Assembly: GCF_964355755.1 (NCBI RefSeq)
Contig: NC_092678.1
Coordinates: 6,898,422-6,962,421 of the forward strand
DNA length: 64,000 nucleotides
DNA from: Antedon mediterranea
Lineage: Eukaryota > Animalia > Echinodermata
Direction: 5' to 3'
In this document: positions 49,360 through 62,620 of the stretch, piece by piece
Layout: every line of letters begins with the position of its first letter
Position numbering within the stretch: the stretch's first letter is position 1
Notes under the pieces: model-generated
What the model was told of the DNA's origin: nothing
The model's database searches: none
The model's input: the letters and a program-made list of their open reading frames with translations, nothing else
Position numbers and translations under genes: made by a program

Positions 49360-50085
49360 GGGTATTGCTAAACACCGCAAACCCCGCAAACCCCCGCAAA
49401 CCTAAAAAAAAACATAGCAAACCCCACCGAACCAACATAAAAGTGATTGAATCATGTAGTGTACAACCCACTGTGTATATTAATGTAAAAAAAATTAAAT
49501 TTCTACTGTTAACAACTTATTTTGGGGGTAAAAACATCATTTTTTTGGTCAAAAATGATTGCTAAACCCCGCAAACCTCAAAAAAACTATAGCAAACCCC
49601 ACCGAACCAACATAAAAGTGATTGAATAATGTAGTGTACGACCACTGGGTATATAAATTATTAAATTTCTACTGTTCACTACTTTTTGGGGGATAAAACA
49701 TCATTTTTTGGTTAAAAATTAGCAATCATTTTTGACCAAAAAATGATGTTTTACCCCAAAAATAACTAGTTAACAGTAGAAATTGAATATTTTTTTTTAC
49801 ATGGATATACCCAGTGGGTTGTACACTACATGATTCAATCACTTTTATGTTGGTTCAGTGGGGTTTGCTATATTTTTTTGGAGGTTTGCAGGGTTTAACA
49901 ATCATTTTTGACCCAAAAAAAATGATGTTTCACCCCAAAAATAATTAGTTAACAGTAAAAATGTAATATTTTTTTTACATGGATATACCCAGTGGGTTGT
50001 ACACTACATGATTCAATCACTTTTATGTTGGTTCGATGGGGTTTGCTATGTTTTTTTTTAAGTTTGCGGGGGTTTACCAATACCC
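49360..50085. mobile_element. Palindromic MULE/foldback-type element
   Basis: GGGTATTG ... CAATACCC with long modular inverted arms; 9-bp TSD CTGGATATT (49351-59, 50086-94); empty site at 37156-37164. Confidence 0.9.
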
Positions 50086-50689
50086 CTGGATATTTACAAA
50101 ATAATACAATAATGTTTACAGAAAAGAGAACAACCTAACAACATCATAAAGCTGCTGTTCAATCGTGTATATTATTCCGTTTCGTGAAGTGTAACTTGTT
50201 TGTTGTTTGATTTAACCTGTTAGTGGCGGTTTTATCGCTGTTGGTTGTGAACTGAATAAAAAAAAACATATAAAAAAATTGTAGCTTTATAAAGAAGAAC
50301 GTTACTTACCTGTGATTTTTAAAGATATGTTATTGCTTTTTAAAATACAGTACAACAACTCAAATAAGAAAATCAGTTGAAGCATTTACTAGTCTGGCAT
50401 GATGGACATACGGTACAGTACACACATTCATCGCAGAATTGTTGGTCCATTGTAATTCTTCAGCCATTAATAAATAACGTTTTTACAATAGAAAGATTGC
50501 TAGGGGCAGTAAATTTAAACAATGGTTCTGTACATTAATTTTTTTTTCAAATTGAATAAGTGTTTATATGAGTACTTTGTGTTCCTCTAACAAATAAACG
50601 CCCCTCGAAGAAACTTACTTACGATCCAGAAAAGTCTTATTAGTTAGTCAGTCCACTTCACATGTATAGCTTTGCACTTGGCTATTCTG

Positions 50690-50840
50690 AGGTGAGATCA
50701 TATTAGAGGTCACCGGGTCAGATGAACTCTTGTCAACTCCTATATCCAGCAAGATTATGTCACGCAATTGTTTCGAGATGATACTAGCTTACTTGCATTT
50801 CAACGACAACGCGCAGCGTCCTGCCGAATAACATGACCAG
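50690..50840 (+). mobile_element. piggyBac transposase relic (paralog of 37710-37985)
   Basis: DELLSTPISSKIMSRNCFEMILAYLHFNDNAQRP. Confidence 0.75.
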
Positions 50841-51894
50841 ACCAGCGTAAGCGCCGTTTTCTGAGGCATGGTAAATATATCAGTTGTAAAAGTAATTGAC
50901 AACACAACACTATTGGGTACACGATAACGCCAAGCGCAGACAGCGAAAGTAAAAAGAGTTTAGTCTTTTCTCCTGATGACGATACGTGGTCCAGGACTCA
51001 GAGCAATAGAACAGTCCCGGACCGAAACGTGTCCGTGTTCAATCCGGTTGTTCATGAAGGCATACTGCGTCATGGGCCTAAGGTTTCAATCTGCTGCTCG
51101 ATTATTGTTATATTTGATTTTTGAGCTAGGAAAGGCCTAATCTAGCCTAGCTACTATAATTACTTACTTAACTTCTAGCTTAGCTAGGCCTAAAAATAAG
51201 AAAAATAAACGAGAACTTTCTTGTTTAAAGTTTGATCTTTATTTTATAAAGCACGCGCACATCAGTCTTCAACATGAGGCCAGAGTTGCATCCGTATGGA
51301 ATTTCAAACCAAGCGGAGCGAAATTCAATAATCAAGTTTATAACATATTGGAGCTGTCTCCTATTTATTAAAGCTCAGCTGATTTTAGGGTAGGGCGCGG
51401 AGGGCTATCACTTACACCTACCTAATAAAACAAAGATTAAACTTCGAAGAGGTAAGTTCTCGTTTTATCTTCTTATTAGAGGCGACTCTTTAACATTCTT
51501 GGTGGTTAGAGGCATGTGAACCATGATTTTTAAAGATAATTCAAAAGCATCACGGGGGAACAGGTTGAAAAAAAGGTCAACAGATGCAATTATCAACAAG
51601 TCTGCACAGCAAAATTCTGATTCTTGTTTTAAGAAAAAAAAAACTTGTTTCAAGCAAAATATTTCTTGAAACAAGTAAATTTTGACTTGTCCGTATTTCA
51701 ATACTTTTTTGCTTACCAAGAATCGTAAAATTCTTAACAAGAATCACAAAAATTCTTATCAAGAAAATTATTCTTACCAAGAAATAATACTTTAAGAACA
51801 ATATTCTTACCAAGAATTTAATTGTTTTTTTCATTCTTGTTTTAAGCAGTATCTGTCTTAAAATAAGTAACAATTTACCGATTTTTTAAAATAG

Positions 51895-54750
51895 AATTCT
51901 TGTTTCAAGCAATATTTTTCTCAATTTATTTGATAGAATTCTTGATTCAAGCAATATATTTCTTAAAATAAGTAAGAATATTCCGATTTTTATTTGTAGA
52001 ATTCTTGTTTCAAGCAATATTTTTCTTAAAATAAGTAAGAATATTCCGATTATTATTTTTTAGAGTTCTTGTTTCAAGCAATATTTGTCTTAAAATAAGT
52101 AAGAATATTCCGATTTGTATTTTTTTGAATTCTTGTTTCAAGCAAGATATTTCTTAAAATAAGTAAGAATATTCCGATTTTTATTTTTTGAATTCTTGTT
52201 TCAAGCAATATTTTTCTTAAAATAAGTAAGAATATTCCGATTTGTATTTTTTGAATTCTTGTTTCAAGCAATATTTTTCTTAAAATAAGTAAGAATATTC
52301 CGATTTATATTTTTAGTTTTCTTGTTTCAAGCAATATATTTCTTAAAATAAGTAAGAATATTCCGATTTTTATTTTTAGAATTCTTGTTTTAAGCAATAT
52401 TTTTCTTAAAATAAGTAAGAATATTCCGTTTTTTATTTTTAGTATTCTTGTTTCAAGCAATATATTTCTTAAAATAAGTAAGAATATTCCGATTTTTATT
52501 TTTTGAATTCTTGTTTTAAGCAATATTTTTCTTAAAATAAGTAAGAATATTCCGATTTTTATTTTTAGTATTCTTGTTTCAAGCAATATATTTCTTAAAA
52601 TAAGTAAGAATATTCCGATTTTTATTTTTTGAATTCTTGTTTCAAGCAATATTTTTCTTAAAATAAGTAAGAATATTCCGATTAGTATTTTTTGAATTCT
52701 TGTTTCAAGCAATATTTTTCTTAAAATAAGTAAGAATATTCCGATTTGTATTTTTTAGAATTCTTGTTTTAAGCAATATTTTTCTTAAAATAAGTAAGAA
52801 TATTCCGATTTGAATTTGTTAGAATTCTTGTTTTAAGCAATATTTTTCTTAAAATAAGTAAGAATATTCCGATTTTTATTTTTAGTATTCTTGTTTCAAG
52901 CAATATATTTCTTAAAATAAGTAAGAATATTCCGATTTTTATTTTTTGAATTCTTGTTTCAAGCAAGATATTTCTTAAAATAAGTAAGAATATTCCGATT
53001 TTTATTTTTAGTATTCTTGTTTCAAGCAATATATTTCTTAAAATAAGTAAGAATATTCCGATTTTTATTTTTTGAATTCTTGTTTTAAGCAATATTTTTC
53101 TTAAAATAAGTAAGAATATTCCGATTTTTATTTTTAGTATTCTTGTTTCAAGCAATATATTTCTTAAAATAAGTAAGAATATTCCGATTTTTATTTTTTG
53201 AATTCTTGTTTCAAGCAATATTTTTCTTAAAATAAGTAAGAATATTCCGATTAGTATTTTTTGAATTCTTGTTTCAAGCAATATTTTTCTTAAAATAAGT
53301 AAGAATATTCCGATTTGTATTTTTTAGAATTCTTGTTTTAAGCAATATTTTTCTTAAAATAAGTAAGAATATTCCGATTTGAATTTGTTAGAATTCTTGT
53401 TTTAAGCAATATTTTTCTTAAAATAAGTAAGAATATTCCGATTTTTATTTTTAGTATTCTTGTTTCAAGCAATATATTTCTTAAAATAAGTAAGAATATT
53501 CCGATTTTTATTTTTTGAATTCTTGTTTCAAGCAAGATATTTCTTAAAATAAGTAAGAATATTCCGATTTTTATTTGTAGAATTCTTGTTTCAAGCAATA
53601 TATTTCTTAAAATAAGTAAGAATATTCCGATTTGTATTTTTTAGAATTCTTGTTTCAAGCAATATTTTTCTTAAAATAAGTAAGAATATTCCGATTAGTA
53701 TTTTTTAGAATTCTTGTTTCAAGCAATATTTTTCTTAAAATAAGTAAGAATATTCCGATTTTTATTTCTTGAATTCTTGTTTCAAGCAAGATATTTCTTA
53801 AAATAAGTAAGAATATTCCGATTTGTATTTGTAGAATTCTTGTTTCAAGCAATATATTTCTTAAAATAAGTAAGAATATTCCGATTTGTATTTTTTTGAA
53901 TTCTTGTTTCAAGCAAGATATTTCTTAAAATAAGTAAGAATATTCCGATTCTTATTTTTTGAATTCTTGTTTCAAGCAATATTTTTCTTAAAATAAGTAA
54001 GAATATTCCGATTTGTATTTTTTGAATTCTTGTTTCAAGCAATATTTTTCTTAAAATAAGTAAGAATATTCCGATTTGTATTTTTTGAATTCTTGTTTCA
54101 AGCAAAATATTTCTTAAAATAAGTAAGAATATTCCGATTTTTATTTGTAGAATTCTTGTTTCAAGCAATATTTTTCTTAAAATAAGTAAGAATATTCCGA
54201 TTTGTATTTTTTAGAATTCTTGTTTTAAGCAATATTTTTCTTAAAATAAGTAAGAATATTCCGATTTTTAATTTTAATATTCTTGTTTCAAGCAATATAT
54301 TTCTTAAAATAAGTAAGAATATCCGATTTGTATTTTTTGAATTCTTGTTTCAAGCAATATTTTTCTTAAAATAAGTATGAATATTCCGATTTGTATTTTT
54401 TGAATTCTTGTTTCAAGCAATATTTTTCTTAAAATAAGTAAGAATATTCCGATTTGTATTTTTTGAATTCTTGTTTCAAGCAATATATTTCTTAAAATAA
54501 GTAAGAATATTCCGATTTTTATTTGTAGAATTCTTGTTTCAAGCAATATTTTTCTTAAAATAAGTAAGAATATTCCGGTTTGTATTTTTTAGAATTCTTG
54601 TTTTAAGCAATATTTTTCTTAAAATAAGTAAGAATATTCCGATTTATATTTTTAGTTTTCTTGTTTCAAGCAAAATATTTCTTAAAATAAGTAAGATCCG
54701 ATTTTTATTTGTAGAATTCTTGTTTCAAGCAAAACTTTTTTTAAAATAAG
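51895..54750 (+). repeat. 63-bp satellite, ~45 copies
   Basis: GAATTCTTGTTTCAAGCAATATTTTTCTTAAAATAAGTAAGAATATTCCGATTT...; the variant GAATTTGTT recurs 569 bp apart (52812, 53381). Confidence 0.95.
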
Positions 54751-57700
54751 TAAACAAGAAGTCTATCAAATAAAAACCAGTAAATGTTTACTTATTTTAA
54801 GAAAAGTATTGCTTGAAACAAGAATTCTATCAAATTAAAATTCGTAAATTCTTACTTATATTGGGAAAAAATTGCTTGAAACAAGAATTCTATAAAATAT
54901 AAATCATTAAAAATTTATTTTAAGAACGATAAATGAATACTCATTTTAAGTAATATTTTACTTAAACAAATAAATTCAAGAATGTTATAAAACATAATAT
55001 TAACAATACTGTTATTTTCATTAAGAACTACAATTTACATGACATTAGGTACAATAATATATACAACTTCTTTAAAACAAACTTGTTTTTATTAATAATA
55101 AAATGCCATCAAAAGAAAACTTAAAAACATTAAAATGGTAAAATACAAATTTCGTAAAATTCTTCTCCCGCACCTGGGCTTTAAACTATTAGGTGTCTTT
55201 AAATTTATTAATGTATACTAATGATGATTCAACAGCCTTTGTCAAGTGTACAGGTGTGTTTTCATCACAAATTACTAACTGTTAAAGAATAGTGAGGCCT
55301 ACTTCTTTTCATTTTGGATAATCGAAATCCAGAAGGTAAAAAGTGGAGAGGAGAGTAACTAGAGCCTCATCTAATTTTGCTTTCTTTGTAGTTAGAATTG
55401 TTTGCTAAACTTTAATGTAGGCCATTTCTGTGTCCAAAAGCAATACCGGCATATTACCTGATCGGCGTGAAGACCAGGATTCTGGATCTTTATTCATGTT
55501 CCTAAAAATGAAAAGAGATTAATATAGTTTTAGTTATTACTGTATTTAAAATATGTGTAACATCATCAACTAATTGGGTACGGTGTGGTTTTAGAGTCCT
55601 ATATCTGGGGCGGTAAACACAAAAACATGACGCAATATTAGAACGGTGGTAAGAATAATTTTACATTATAAGACATAAGGGTGGGTGGAATATGCATTTG
55701 AACTTTTTAATCACAAACTTTGCCCTGTTTATACCGATCCCAAAGACAGGCCGCCGCCTGGCTGTATCTATTATTTTTAGTTAAATTATTAGGGTCTAAA
55801 TTTATTTTTAATATTACTATTTAGGAAGACAATACGCAAAACGGTGCTCAATCCTGATTGATGTTTTTATTCCGTATCAATGTTTATAATAACAATCATA
55901 CAATTAAATGTAAATTTTGTTTAATTGTTTGATTTTAATAAATTATTGTAAACATAGTATATACCTCGAATTTTAAGCTATTTTAAAAAAACACTTTAAG
56001 ATATTTTTTTTTAATGTACATAATGTTACTTGTATTTTAAATTTTAAAAAACACTAAATACCTTCAAGGTCGGCAGACTTTTTTTGATGAGTTTTTCCCA
56101 ACAAATATGTTTGACAGATTTGACAACATATGGGTTATCTTTGAACCTAACCAAAAATAACAAATTGAAAACATTATATTATATAAATTTATTTAAATGA
56201 GTGGAATAATGTATGGACATAAACTTGATATACTGTAGCTCAAATTTTTAATAATGTAGCCTACAGTTTTGTAGGTGGTCAATGTAAAAGGAAGGGGAAA
56301 GGGTGGGCTGGCCAGGAGAGCATTAATATGTCAAAAATTAATATTCATAAGTCATTTATTTAATTTTAGTTGTCAAAGGGAGGAGTGCATGACACTAGCT
56401 TGAGTCGAACCAAGCTGTTAAAAATACGTACACAATATGTACACGTATTTTCCTCACTACCATTGGTCCATTATAAAACTATTTATGAATAGATAAAAGT
56501 ACAAAAACATACACTGTACTTACCAGATGGAGGACTGGTGTTTCTCTTTAAAATACCAAAATAAACTATATTATTCTCTTCTTTGGAAAAATTTGCTAAG
56601 TACTTTTTTAAAAAGCTTTCTTTTGTATTTCATTCCTCTTTGCCTAGTAATAATTAGTATCCTTCGAACTTCTTCAAAAGATATTGTAAATAACACAGTT
56701 TTTTTTAAAGAAATTTAATAGGCCTATAACAATTTTAGTTATGCAGTACGTATGTTTTTTGTTTGTTTTTTTAGTATGTTTTTTTTAAATTTAGAGTTAA
56801 AAACATAAAGTTTCAATATCGATGTGATCACTTCGGGGATTACTTAGTGTGTACAATTAATTAAATATAAAGAAGTGTTTTTAAATGTCATTATATTTCT
56901 CATTGGAATATGTGTATATAATACAGTATAATCCTTCGTAGATATTTCATGGCTACATTACAAAATAACTGTTACATTATAATTGTATTATCTATTATTA
57001 GGCCTTCCTTATACCTAGCTGAAATAGGTCCGACAATATTTGTCCCCTCTGTCAATGTCTGAACTAAAATGCTAAGCTAAACCTATACACCTGTCCGTCA
57101 GTACAGGCATAGTAGGCTAGCCTAGACCTACTAGTTCCAGGCCTACAGTATTACTAACTAGGAAGGAGCCTAGGCTAGGGCCAGGCTAGGCCTAGACTGC
57201 TGGCAGATTAAAATATAATTATTAGGCCTACGAACCTGTTAAAATGTTGGCCATTTCTTCATCTATTTCTCGGATCTTCAACAAAGCGTCTTCCTTCGAC
57301 ATTATATTAGACTAATCTTACTAGGCCTATTGAAGCATTTAATATATAAATTGCGATGAAAGGTGTCTTTTACTTACAAACTCTAGATTTTGAATGATTA
57401 CTTTAAAAAACCGTTGGCCATGATCCCGCCGGGAGCTAGGTCATCGACCACACACAGTGTTGTTTTTCAACTATAACCAAAAATTTATCGCTGGCCTTTT
57501 ACCCAGAATGTATAAGGTCATTATACTGCTCAACGTTAAAGCATGGAGGTATAAACCTCCATGGTGGTTAAAGCAAATCTGTAAAACGTCTGGACCAACA
57601 GTAATACGACAGACAATAATAATGACACATGTTTGTTGCAGTCCGAAAAAAAAGCGATAAGTTGGTGCCAGTAAACTGAAGTAGGTACAGTATTTGCTAC

Positions 57701-58624
57701 CCTATTTGCTAAGGCATTATAATTCAATTCATGGAAATACTCCCAATTTTCGAGTAACATGTGGAATTGGTGGTTCGCTGCCCGGCAAGCTTTGGAATTT
57801 ACAATTCGTTTTACAAGCATGTCATAAGACGCCATTTTAAGGACGAGTATAACAATCGGCAACCTCCTGCAGTTGACGATGGAAACATCAGTAATAAGTA
57901 TGCCTGGAGAAAACGAGGATGCCAATTGAGGATGAAGTAGAACTAGGCCTAGACTAGGAGACATACGAAGTTAATGAAGAAAAAAACTATTATAACGGGG
58001 ATGATTTATCAACTGACGATAGTAGTAGTGATAATTCTAGTATTGTTATACTGTTAATGATTGTTTAATATTAATTATCTTGCTGATGCTCAGCAAGAAG
58101 GCCTACTAACTAGAGGATGAACAAGCAGATAATAGTATAAAAAATGCTGATTTCTTTCTACTAAAATTAAAGGAGAGAAACAAGATTCCACAGGTAAGCC
58201 ATTTTGCTTTAAAATTACAACAATTATGCATTTTAAACTATTTTTTATTAGAGAAATACGTCTATTTCCTAGGCCTTGCTGGTACTGTTATATACAGGAC
58301 TATTAGCTATAGTAACTATAGGACTTGGGTACTAGGCCTAGGCCTAGGCATTATACACTCTAAGTTTATGTTGCATTTTTTTGTGACCAATTTCATTGTA
58401 TACAAATAACATTTTTTTTGTTAGGCTGCATAGCTCCCCAACTAAAGCACAACTTAGTTTTTAAACATATTAAAACTTGAATATAAAAAATATTAAATCA
58501 ATATTATTTTCTTTAGGTGGTTGCAGTGCAATCGATTATTCAAAGCACAAACAGTTTGATTACCCAGATTCTTTCATCAGTTGAAACTGAAGTGCTAACT
58601 GCTCTACCGTTGTGTGAATATAAG

Positions 58625-60600
58625 GATATTGACAATCTATTTTAAGTAAAACATTTCTCAAAATAAGTATTTTTAAGAATATTAAAATAGAATTGACTTC
58701 AATTCAAGCAAAAATAGTCTTGATAGGATATAGTATGATATTGACTTCTTATCTTAAGTAAAACATTTCTCAAAATAAGTATTTTTAAAAATATTGCGAA
58801 TCTCAATTTAAGCAAAAATAGTCTTGATAAGATAGTATGATATTGACTTCTTATTTTAAGTAAAACATTTCTCAAAATAAGTATTTTAAAGAATATTGCG
58901 AATCTTGATTCAAGTAAAAATAGTCTTGATAAGATAGTATGATATTGACTTCTTATTTTAAGTAAAACATTTCTCAAAATCAGAATATTGCGAATCTGAA
59001 TTCAAGCAAAAATAGTCTTGATAGGATAGTATGATATTGACTTCTTATTTTAAGTAAAACATTTTTCAAAATAAGTATTTTTTAAAATATTGCGAATCTC
59101 AATTTAAGCAAAAATAGTCTTGATAAGATAGTATGATATTGACTTCTTATTTTAAGTAAAACATTTCTCGAAATAAGTATTTTTAAGAATATTGCGAATC
59201 TTGATTCAAGTAAAAATAGTCTTGATAAGATAGTATGATATTGACTTCTTATTTTAAGTAAAACATTTCTCAAAATAAGTATTTTTAAAAATATTGCGAA
59301 TCTCAATTTAAGCAAAAATAGTCTTGATAAGATAGTATGATATTGACTTCTTATTTTAAGTAAAACATTTCTCAAAATAAGTATTTTAAAGAATATTGCG
59401 AATCTTGATTCAAGTAAAAATAGTCTTGATAAGATAGTATGATATTGACTTCTTATTTTAAGTAAAACATTTCTCAAAATCAGAATATTGCGAATCTGAA
59501 TTCAAGCAAAAATAGTCTTGATAGGATAGTATGATATTGACTTCTTATTTTAAGTAAAACATTTTTCAAAATAAGTATTTTTTAAAATATTGCGAATCTC
59601 AATTTAAGCAAAAATAGTCTTGATAAGATAGTATGATATTGACTTCTTATTTTAAGTAAAACATTTCTCGAAATAAGTATTTTTAAGAATATTGCGAATC
59701 TTGATTCAAGTAAAAATAGTCTTGATAAGATAGTATGATATTGACTTCTTATTTTAAGTAAAACATTTCTCAAAATAAGTATTTTTAAAAATATTGCGAA
59801 TCTCAATTTAAGCAAAAATAGTCTTGATAAGATAGTATGATATTGACTTCTTATTTTAAGTAAAACATTTCTCAAAATAAGTATTTTTAAGAATATTGCG
59901 AAACCTAATTTAAGAAACTTTGTCTTACCTAGAAAAATATTTATTGTTTTAAGTAATTTTTAGAATTCATCAATCTTGATTTAAGAAAAATTATTCTTGA
60001 TAGGGATAAATATATTGATTTCTTATTTTAAGTAAAATACTTTTCAAATTATGTATTTTCAAATCTTGTTTTAAGCAAAACTATTCTTAATAAGAAGAGA
60101 ATGATATTGACTTCTTATTTTAAGTAAAATATTTCTTGTAATAAGCATTTTCAAGAATATTGCGAATCTTGATTCAAGTAAAAATAATCTTGATAAGGGT
60201 AGTGTGAAATTGACTTCTTATTTTAAGTAAAATATTTCTCAAAACAAGTATTTTCAAGACTATTGCAAAACCTAATTTAAGAAACTTTGTCTTACCTAGA
60301 AAAATATTGATTGTTTTAAGTAATTTTTATAATTCATCAATCTTGATTTAAGAAAAATTATTCTTGATAGGGATAAATATAATATAGATTTCTTATTTTA
60401 AGTAAAATACTTTTCAAATTAAGTATTTTCAAATCTTGTTTTAAGCAAAACTATTCTTAATAAGAAGAGAATGATATTGACTTCTTATTTTAAGTAAAAT
60501 ATTTCTTGTAATAAGCATTTTCAAGAATATTGCAAAACTTAATTTAAGAAAATGTGTCTTTTCTAGAAAATTATTTCTTGTTTTAAGTAATTTTAAATCT
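58625..60600 (+). repeat. 102-bp satellite with a 500-bp higher-order repeat
   Basis: Period 102. A shortened monomer (AAAATCAGAATATTG) recurs at 58981 and 59481. The array degenerates toward the TIR. Confidence 0.93.
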
Positions 60601-60687
60601 TGACAAGAAAAAAAATACTTATTTTAAGAATTTTTTCTTAAAACAAGATTTTTTTTTCTTGCTTAGAATTTCAAATTTTGCTGTGTG

Positions 60688-60810
60688 CTGAAAGATATTA
60701 AGACGCGACCAGTGAAATATTTCGGACACACAATTAGGAAGGGGGAAATACGACTGCTGAAACTATTCGGAAAAGTAGAGGGATGTAGTAGTCATGGCCG
60801 TCAACGTTGA
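60688..60810 (+). mobile_element. RTE-clade LINE C-terminal relic (continues from ~51500-51604, split by the EnSpm element)
   Basis: LKDIKTRPVKYFGHTIRKGEIRLLKLFGKVEGCSSHGRQ; the left part reads LEACEP*FLKII. Confidence 0.65.
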
Positions 60811-61210
60811 CGACCACGACTATAGGGCATATTTTGTGTTATAGGTCTACCAACCAAACCGGTTATTCTTAATTCAGTTTGCAGATATATGCAAATGCTT
60901 TGTTAAAGAATGGAGGTTCGGCTCTTCCGACATTGATTGTTCCATTGAATGACACCTTAATAATGTTACTACTATACATCCTCCTACGTGGAAATAAAAA
61001 CTAATTGAAGTATCGATATATTACCAACCCACACTCATTAAGGGATTTAAGCGTCCCTACTCCTGATGAGCTCCGGGATCCCATGACACGAGTAGAGTAG
61101 CCGCCATGGTCCCACCCTGGCTAAGGATGTCCAAAAGCAGTGAAAATTGTCTCTGGTCAAAAACTAAATAAAAACAGTACGATTAAATCTCGACGACAAA
61201 TATTTATTAC

Positions 61211-61490
61211 AATAGGAACCATCTCTACTGCCAATAAGTACACAATTTACACTAGAGACCATCTATAATGCAAATAAGTACACAATTAACACTAGGGACC
61301 ATCTCTACTGCAAATAAGTACACAATTAACAATAGGGACCATCTCTACTGCAACTAAGTTCACAATTACCACTAGGGACCATCTCTACTGCAACTAAGTT
61401 CACAGTTAACACTAGGGACCATCTCTACTGCAACTAAGTTCACAATTAGCACTAGGGACCATCTCCACTGCAACTAAATACACAATTATC
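61211..61490 (+). repeat. 40-bp tandem repeat, 7 copies
   Basis: ACTAGGGACCATCTCTACTGCAA(A/C)TAAGT(A/T)CACAATTAAC. Confidence 0.93.
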
Positions 61491-61577
61491 ATTTTTTTGT
61501 TGCGGTTCAACATATTTTTTAGCTAGATTCAGTAGCATAGGGCGAATGTAATTTTAATAATAAAACTGAGCATCCGT

Positions 61578-61880
61578 ACCTTACACAGATGGATAGACGT
61601 TCTTGGACAGAGATACTCTCTCTGAATCTTGTAGTACCATTTTGTAGTGTCATCTTTAATCAAATCGATCAGATAACCGTATTGGTGAGGGAGGCGTCAT
61701 TCGAAAATAATTGAAGAACTCGTCTTTATTGGTCGCCAGATTATGCTTTACCAACGTTTGAAACTGACCTTTCTTTCAGATCAGACTTCGTTCTTGTTTT
61801 CCCCTTCTGGCGAAATAAATAAAATGATAGCGGAAAGAATATCTTCCTCATTATCATCTGATGATGACCATCCAGAAACG
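61578..61880 (-). mobile_element. PIF/Harbinger transposase N-terminal relic
   Basis: KGQFQTLVKH..DEFFNYFRMT..YLIDLIKDD..TTRFRESISVQERLSICVR, read across frameshifts. Confidence 0.7.
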
Positions 61881-62031
61881 GATACCAGTTTAATGAAAAT
61901 AATGTCTGACACTGTTATCTTATGCGAGGTCACAGAAAACGTGACGGAACAGGTGTGAATGTTTTTCACGGAACGGTAAATGGGCGCGTCACGTTGAAAT
62001 TAACGGCGCCCATAAACTATGTCGATCTATT

Positions 62032-62270
62032 TGTCAGTAGGCTAGCTTACTACTACCCTGCTAATGTAGACCTATGCTAATGACGTCATTGTCGTAAAAA
62101 ATGTACCCACACACCAATATACAGACAACGGAACATCTTACCTTTGTAGATTATCCGTCAAACGTGTAAACGGATAAATAGTTTTTTTGCCAAAATAACA
62201 AATAAGCTCAAAATGGTTAGTAGATTGTGGTGGTCTAGATTCCTCAGAGATTATTCTAATACATGTTTGC
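62032..62270 (-). pseudogene. Decayed fragment of a further sialyltransferase paralog (exon 3 end + intron)
   Basis: Aligns with 63190-63415: CTTACCTTTGTAGATTATCCG..AAACGTGTAAA..GGATAA, ATAAGCTCAAAATG, GGTCTAGATTCCT. Confidence 0.75.
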
Positions 62271-62620
62271 AGAAATATTATTATTATTTATTTGTATTTC
62301 CAATTTAGTTTAGTAGCCAAAACCCTGCAGACAAAAAAATACATCCTGTTTTACCAATTTTCAATTTATGAATATTGAATTCAAAGGATAGATTCTAATT
62401 GAGACCTAAACACCTACTTTTTAAAATCTATTTTTGTTAAGTTTTAAATCAAATTCTTAACCGCTAAAACGTATATTGGATTTAGATGCTTGTAAACTGA
62501 TTGAACCGACCTAAATTACCCTAGCAAGCTTCGCCAACCCACCCTGAACTCTACTGGAGCCCTTGGTGGACCGCAACCTTGGTTCTTGCTTCGCTTGCAA
62601 GGCCTATTTAATCCATTCGG

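Larger units (their letters stand above)
51605..60685. mobile_element. Internally deleted EnSpm/CACTA-type DNA transposon (~9.1 kb) with satellite-like subterminal arrays
   Basis: Termini CACAGCAAAATT / AATTTTGCTGTG with a 2-bp TG duplication. The plus-strand relic has LLRHYNSIHGNTPNFRVTCGIGG..YNSFYKHVIRRH and FFLLKLKERNKIPQ (57705-58195). The minus-strand relic has LLSTFYLLDFDYPK..GLTIL (55190-55460). Confidence 0.8.

Noticed and set aside
51465-59875. Repetitive ORFs (LETRIQKIKIGIFLLIL; RNVLLKIRSQYHTIL)
   Set aside because: Translations of the 63-bp and 102-bp satellites.
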